Source: Candidatus Nomurabacteria bacterium (GTDB lineage Bacteria; Patescibacteriota; Saccharimonadia; JAGOAT01). Taken from it: a DNA stretch of 64,000 bases. Below, in pieces: positions 60,530 through 64,000 of the stretch; the stretch's first letter is position 1; each line of letters begins with the position of its first letter. Where the stretch lies: NCBI GenBank assembly GCA_020639315.1, contig JACKGM010000001.1:146511-210510 (forward strand), read 5' to 3'. A program made the position numbers and the translations under genes. Below the pieces are notes generated by a model. That model worked only from the letters and a program-made list of their open reading frames with translations, made no database searches and had not been told where the DNA came from.

Positions 60530-60907
60530 CTAACCAAACAGAAACTCTAGCCAATGCAGATAATTGGCTTTTTTGGTCTGTGTCTCTTGATCAGTCAAAG
60601 TTTGGACAGGCTCTTCTCCGGGAATAATCACTACACTTTCATTCTCTTTTTTCAGACCAAGCCTAGCCCGAGCCTCTCTTTCCTGATAGGAGTCAGACTT
60701 ATAATATTCCAGTTGGTAACGCAATTGGTTATTCTCTTCCTCTAGGGTGCTGATGTCGGTCTCAAGATTGGAAATTTTCGGATTAAAAAATCTAGTACTA
60801 GAACTAACACGGATTACGGCAAAGGTTAGATAGAGTACAAATAGAACCCCAATCAGGACAATAATCTTCTGAGTATTACGGTTGTTGAGATCTAGAAGCT
60901 CATTCAT
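60530..60907 (-). CDS. ftsB: septum formation initiator (FtsB/DivIC family)
   Basis: N-terminal TM helix, coiled coil (LEEENNQLRYQLEYY), then SDSYQEREARARLGL. Confidence 0.7.
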   Translation of the reverse strand: MNELLDLNNRNTQKIIVLIGVLFVLYLTFAVIRVSSSTRFFNPKISNLETDISTLEEENNQLRYQLEYYKSDSYQEREARARLGLKKENESVVIIPGEEPVQTLTDQETQTKKANYLHWLEFLFG

Positions 60908-60912
60908 CTAGT

Positions 60913-62628
60913 TTAGTTTGTGGAGTTGGTGCTAGATTGATTACTGTTTGTGCTATTGTCTGTAGTGTCCGTATCAGACTGTTCATCATCGGCAGTATCT
61001 GTAGTCTCTACGGGTAGCTTCCACCTCCAAGATTTTATGATATCCGTATAGTTGAGCTGGGCAAATTCTTCACCAAAACTGCCGTCTAGGACAAATCCGC
61101 CATAGCTACTACCGTTGTATAGATAGAGGATTGGAGCCTTGACGATGATTGCACTACGATTTTGTGAGCTATCACTTCCTTCGTCATCAGATTTACTCGA
61201 TGAACTCGAGCTGATAGTGCTACTAGCGGGCTTGTAAATAATAGATACCGCCTCAACACTGTCGATCAAAGTTTCTTGTTCTTTAACTATCTCGACACTA
61301 CTACCTTGCTCTTGTTTCCACTCTGCTACGACTTTTTCTATGGTTTCATACTCCCCTTTGAGTGGTGAGACGACAAAATCATTGTCTTGTTTTTGACCAT
61401 AGGTAGTATCTAGCTTGCAGTCTTTGCTGCTACTCAGTGAATTGTCCGATCTCATCACAAAGTTGAAGCAGTATCGGTCTACCTCAGATAGGCCACTAGC
61501 AATGGTAGTCCTTGAAATTTTCTCTAGACTATCAGCTTGGGCTTGTTCTAGCTCGGCTGGGGTTGGTTCGGGATCGGGTTCTGGCTCGGTGACAGTTACT
61601 GGGTCTGGAGTCGGGGTAGAGTTGCTTCCAGAGCCACTTAGTAGGCTAACTACTATTAAGATGATACCCAAAAAACCCAGTAATGCACCGCCGGCAATAA
61701 TCCCAATCTTCTTGATATCAGGACGGTTGCTGATTGGTGGAGCAAATCCATCAAGGTCATCATCGAAGTCTAGGTCATCACCCGAACCCGAGCTAGATGC
61801 TGGAGTAGGTGCTGGAGCTTGACTAGGCATAGGGGTCGGGGTTTGAGTGGGTACAGGGTCAGAGCCAATCGAATCTAAGCTAACTGATGGTTGGTTTTGA
61901 CTACTTAGGTCAAAGGCGTTTGGATCAAAGTTTCCCAAAGGATCACCAGAAGGAATAGGAGACGGTTCACTAGGCATTTGATGAAGGCTAGGATCGAAAG
62001 GTTCACTGGCAGGAGGGGTAGGTATTGGCTGAGGGGTTGAGGCTTGGGTAGATGGCTCAGCTGGTGAGCTGGCATGAAGTCCACTGAGACCAGGCTGGGG
62101 TTGATCTGATTGGGATCCGAGGCTTGACAGGGGTAGATTGTCTATATTGGTAGGGTCACTACTGGTGGTTGAAGGTTGAGCACTGGAAGCGATCGGGTTA
62201 TTTTGTCCAGGTGAGCTAAACTCTGGGACCCCATTACTCTGGGGGCTGGGTTGGTAGGGCTGGCCAAAATCAGGAGAACCAGTGGTAGGTGGGGCTGTTT
62301 GGGGTTGGCTAAAGTCAGGTACTGGGTTGGCTGGGAGAGAATTCTGGGGATCGGGGACGGGGGTTGGATAGGGAGAACTATCAAGCGGAGGTAAGCTAGA
62401 CCCTTGATCGTATTGACCTATCTGGGGTACGAGGGGTTGGCTTGGTATTTGATTATCAAATGAGGGGTTGGGTTGAGGTGTTGAAGGAGGAACCGATCCA
62501 GGGGTGGATCCTCCTGTCATCTGGACTAAGGGGTTATGTTGGGGTGATAAAGGCTGAGGATTTGTGCCTGGGGCAGGTGGAATAGGATTAAAGCTATTGT
62601 TATTTGGATCTGGCTGGATTGGTTGCAT
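60913..62628 (-). CDS. Pro/Ser/Thr-rich single-pass membrane protein
   Basis: About 330 aa of low-complexity P/S/Q-rich sequence, TM helix IGIIAGGALLGFLGIILIVVSLL, then a globular C-terminal domain. Start set at ATG 62628. Confidence 0.6.
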   Translation of the reverse strand: MQPIQPDPNNNSFNPIPPAPGTNPQPLSPQHNPLVQMTGGSTPGSVPPSTPQPNPSFDNQIPSQPLVPQIGQYDQGSSLPPLDSSPYPTPVPDPQNSLPANPVPDFSQPQTAPPTTGSPDFGQPYQPSPQSNGVPEFSSPGQNNPIASSAQPSTTSSDPTNIDNLPLSSLGSQSDQPQPGLSGLHASSPAEPSTQASTPQPIPTPPASEPFDPSLHQMPSEPSPIPSGDPLGNFDPNAFDLSSQNQPSVSLDSIGSDPVPTQTPTPMPSQAPAPTPASSSGSGDDLDFDDDLDGFAPPISNRPDIKKIGIIAGGALLGFLGIILIVVSLLSGSGSNSTPTPDPVTVTEPEPDPEPTPAELEQAQADSLEKISRTTIASGLSEVDRYCFNFVMRSDNSLSSSKDCKLDTTYGQKQDNDFVVSPLKGEYETIEKVVAEWKQEQGSSVEIVKEQETLIDSVEAVSIIYKPASSTISSSSSSKSDDEGSDSSQNRSAIIVKAPILYLYNGSSYGGFVLDGSFGEEFAQLNYTDIIKSWRWKLPVETTDTADDEQSDTDTTDNSTNSNQSSTNSTN

Positions 62629-62746
62629 TTGTTTTTGTTTGCTCCTTAACGTACTGTTTTTAAGACCGTTTATGTTTATAGTACATAGTATTTGATAAAA
62701 ATGCAAATTTAACTTATTAGATTTGTTCCTAATAATAAACCCGACC

Positions 62747-63074
62747 TATAGCAAGCCCAAACCAAAACCAGACTTTTGACCCAACTCTAGAATCTATAAC
62801 CCTGTTGCCATATAAACTTGCGAGGTCAAAGCTGATGATTTTTATTCCAGACTAGCAAAACACGACAAAGCATAACAGGAGTTACGCTGCGAAGTGTTTT
62901 GCTAGTCTGGGGCAAAAATGGCAGTTTTGAAGCCGTGAGGTTATATGGCAACAGGGTTTATAAAGCTAGTTTTCTTACTCACCATATCTATGGATATGGC
63001 TCTTAAGAAGAACTAGCTTTCTAGTTCTCTATAGTACAGCTCAAATTGTCCGGTTTTGGTTTGGGCTTGCTATA
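62747..63074 (+). mobile_element. family-2 MITE carrying a nested family-1 MITE (164+161+3 bp)
   Basis: The outer sequence matches 11168-11331 (reverse complement) except for the 161-bp insert plus a TAT duplication. Confidence 0.9.
62798..62958 (+). mobile_element. 161-bp MITE, family 1, copy 3 (nested)
   Basis: Flanked by a TAT/TAT duplication. Its internal 17-bp stem is perfect. Confidence 0.9.
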
Positions 63075-63100
63075 TCAAAACTATCTAGTGGTAGCAAGGC

Positions 63101-63345
63101 TTGTCATCCTCCGAAGTTCAGAGAACTTACAGGGGATCCAGGGCATTAGTCATCCTCCGAAACCCAGAGGGTTTACGGGGGATCCAGTATCTCTGCATTT
63201 ACAGGTATTCAATTCAAATACTGGATCTCCGGTATTTCTCCCTTGGAGAAATCCGAAGATGACAGGAGAGGGTGGATCTCCGGTATTACCCTCCGGGTAA
63301 TCCGAAGATGACGCGAAGTGGGCGGAAATTTGGAAGATGACACTA
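63101..63345. repeat. hairpin-unit repeat cluster
   Basis: Two reverse type-1 units, two forward type-2 units and half-units. Confidence 0.9.
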
Positions 63346-63449
63346 GAAAAGCATTGTCGTCTTTCATGATAAAAAAAAGTTTTTGTGTAATAGGTATAGG
63401 CTGGGTTAAAAGTGTTTCTGTAGGATGGGTAGATTGCTATAATGATTCA

Positions 63450-64000
63450 ATGAGTAAGGTGACCAAACAGGTTGAAGCTGAATTGGCAAGACTTGGGGTA
63501 AGAAAGGATAGTAAGTTACTTTTGGCATTCTCGGGTGGGGTTGATTCAGCAGTGTTGCTAGATATCTTAGGTCAGATTGGGTATCCAAATATAGTTCTAG
63601 CCTACTATAACCATAGTCTCAGACGAGATAGCGACCGGGAGAATTTGCTAGTTCAAAATATTGCTAAAAAATATCAGCTCAAACTAATAGAGGCTCGTTA
63701 TAGTCTGACAAGATCAGATGAAGCGAGCTTACGCAAGGCTCGCCATCATTTCTTAGATAGCAGTCTAGTAAAAAGTAAGGCAGATTACTTACTCTTGGCT
63801 CATCATCAAGACGATCTGATTGAAACAATCGTCGCCAATGACCTCAGGGGTGCTGGTCTCAAAGGATATGTGCCGTTTAAGGATAGTAAGACAGTTATTA
63901 GGCCAATGATCAATCTGACAAAAAACAGCCTTTATAAATATGCCCATCTAAGGGAGTTAGGGTTTATCGAGGACTATACCAACTATCAGCTTGATTATCA
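63450..64000 (+). CDS. tilS: tRNA(Ile)-lysidine synthase, N-terminal part (runs off window)
   Basis: Hand translation from ATG 63450: MSKVTKQVEAELARLGVRKDSKLLLAFSGGVDSAVLLDIL (PP-loop SGGxDS), then LAHHQDD. Confidence 0.8.
   Translation, partial: MSKVTKQVEAELARLGVRKDSKLLLAFSGGVDSAVLLDILGQIGYPNIVLAYYNHSLRRDSDRENLLVQNIAKKYQLKLIEARYSLTRSDEASLRKARHHFLDSSLVKSKADYLLLAHHQDDLIETIVANDLRGAGLKGYVPFKDSKTVIRPMINLTKNSLYKYAHLRELGFIEDYTNYQLDY

Overview
This is a low-GC (about 40% or less by eye), tightly packed bacterial chromosome segment that spans the replication origin. dnaN-dnaA on the minus strand diverge from rpmH-rnpA-yidD-yidC-jag on the plus strand at ~50.9-51.0 kb. Perfect DnaA boxes cluster there and gene orientation switches (mostly minus to the left, plus to the right). 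Content is almost all housekeeping: pyk, pcrA, ppa, tpiA, mutM, polA, hrcA-grpE-dnaK-dnaJ, rnj, udg, pnp, rpsO, truB, comF, rnhA, pgi, groES-groEL, a phosphohexomutase, two FemAB-type transferases, tsaD, rfbCDB, recF, a Mur ligase, ftsB, tilS and four tRNAs. Short versions of several proteins, VirB2/TrbC-like pilin genes and FemAB pairs suggest a Patescibacteria/CPR-type, possibly Saccharibacteria-like, organism; this is inference only. Two things stand out. (1) Nearly every intergenic gap is filled with non-coding repeats. One is a modular hairpin-unit family (about 60 units by hand count, ~3.9 kb, 14 clusters) whose stems covary while a C/A mismatch and a bulged T stay conserved. There are also at least two MITE families (161 bp and 164 bp), with inverted ends, a 3-bp target duplication, and a nested insertion whose empty site is present in this same window. 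(2) A ~3.5-kb integrated element sits at the 3' end of tRNA-Ser(GCU). It carries a twice-frameshifted large serine recombinase, small HTH/unknown ORFs, and one sharply delimited ORF of about two-thirds GC and unknown function. All protein calls come from motif recognition by eye; no database search or folding program was available.
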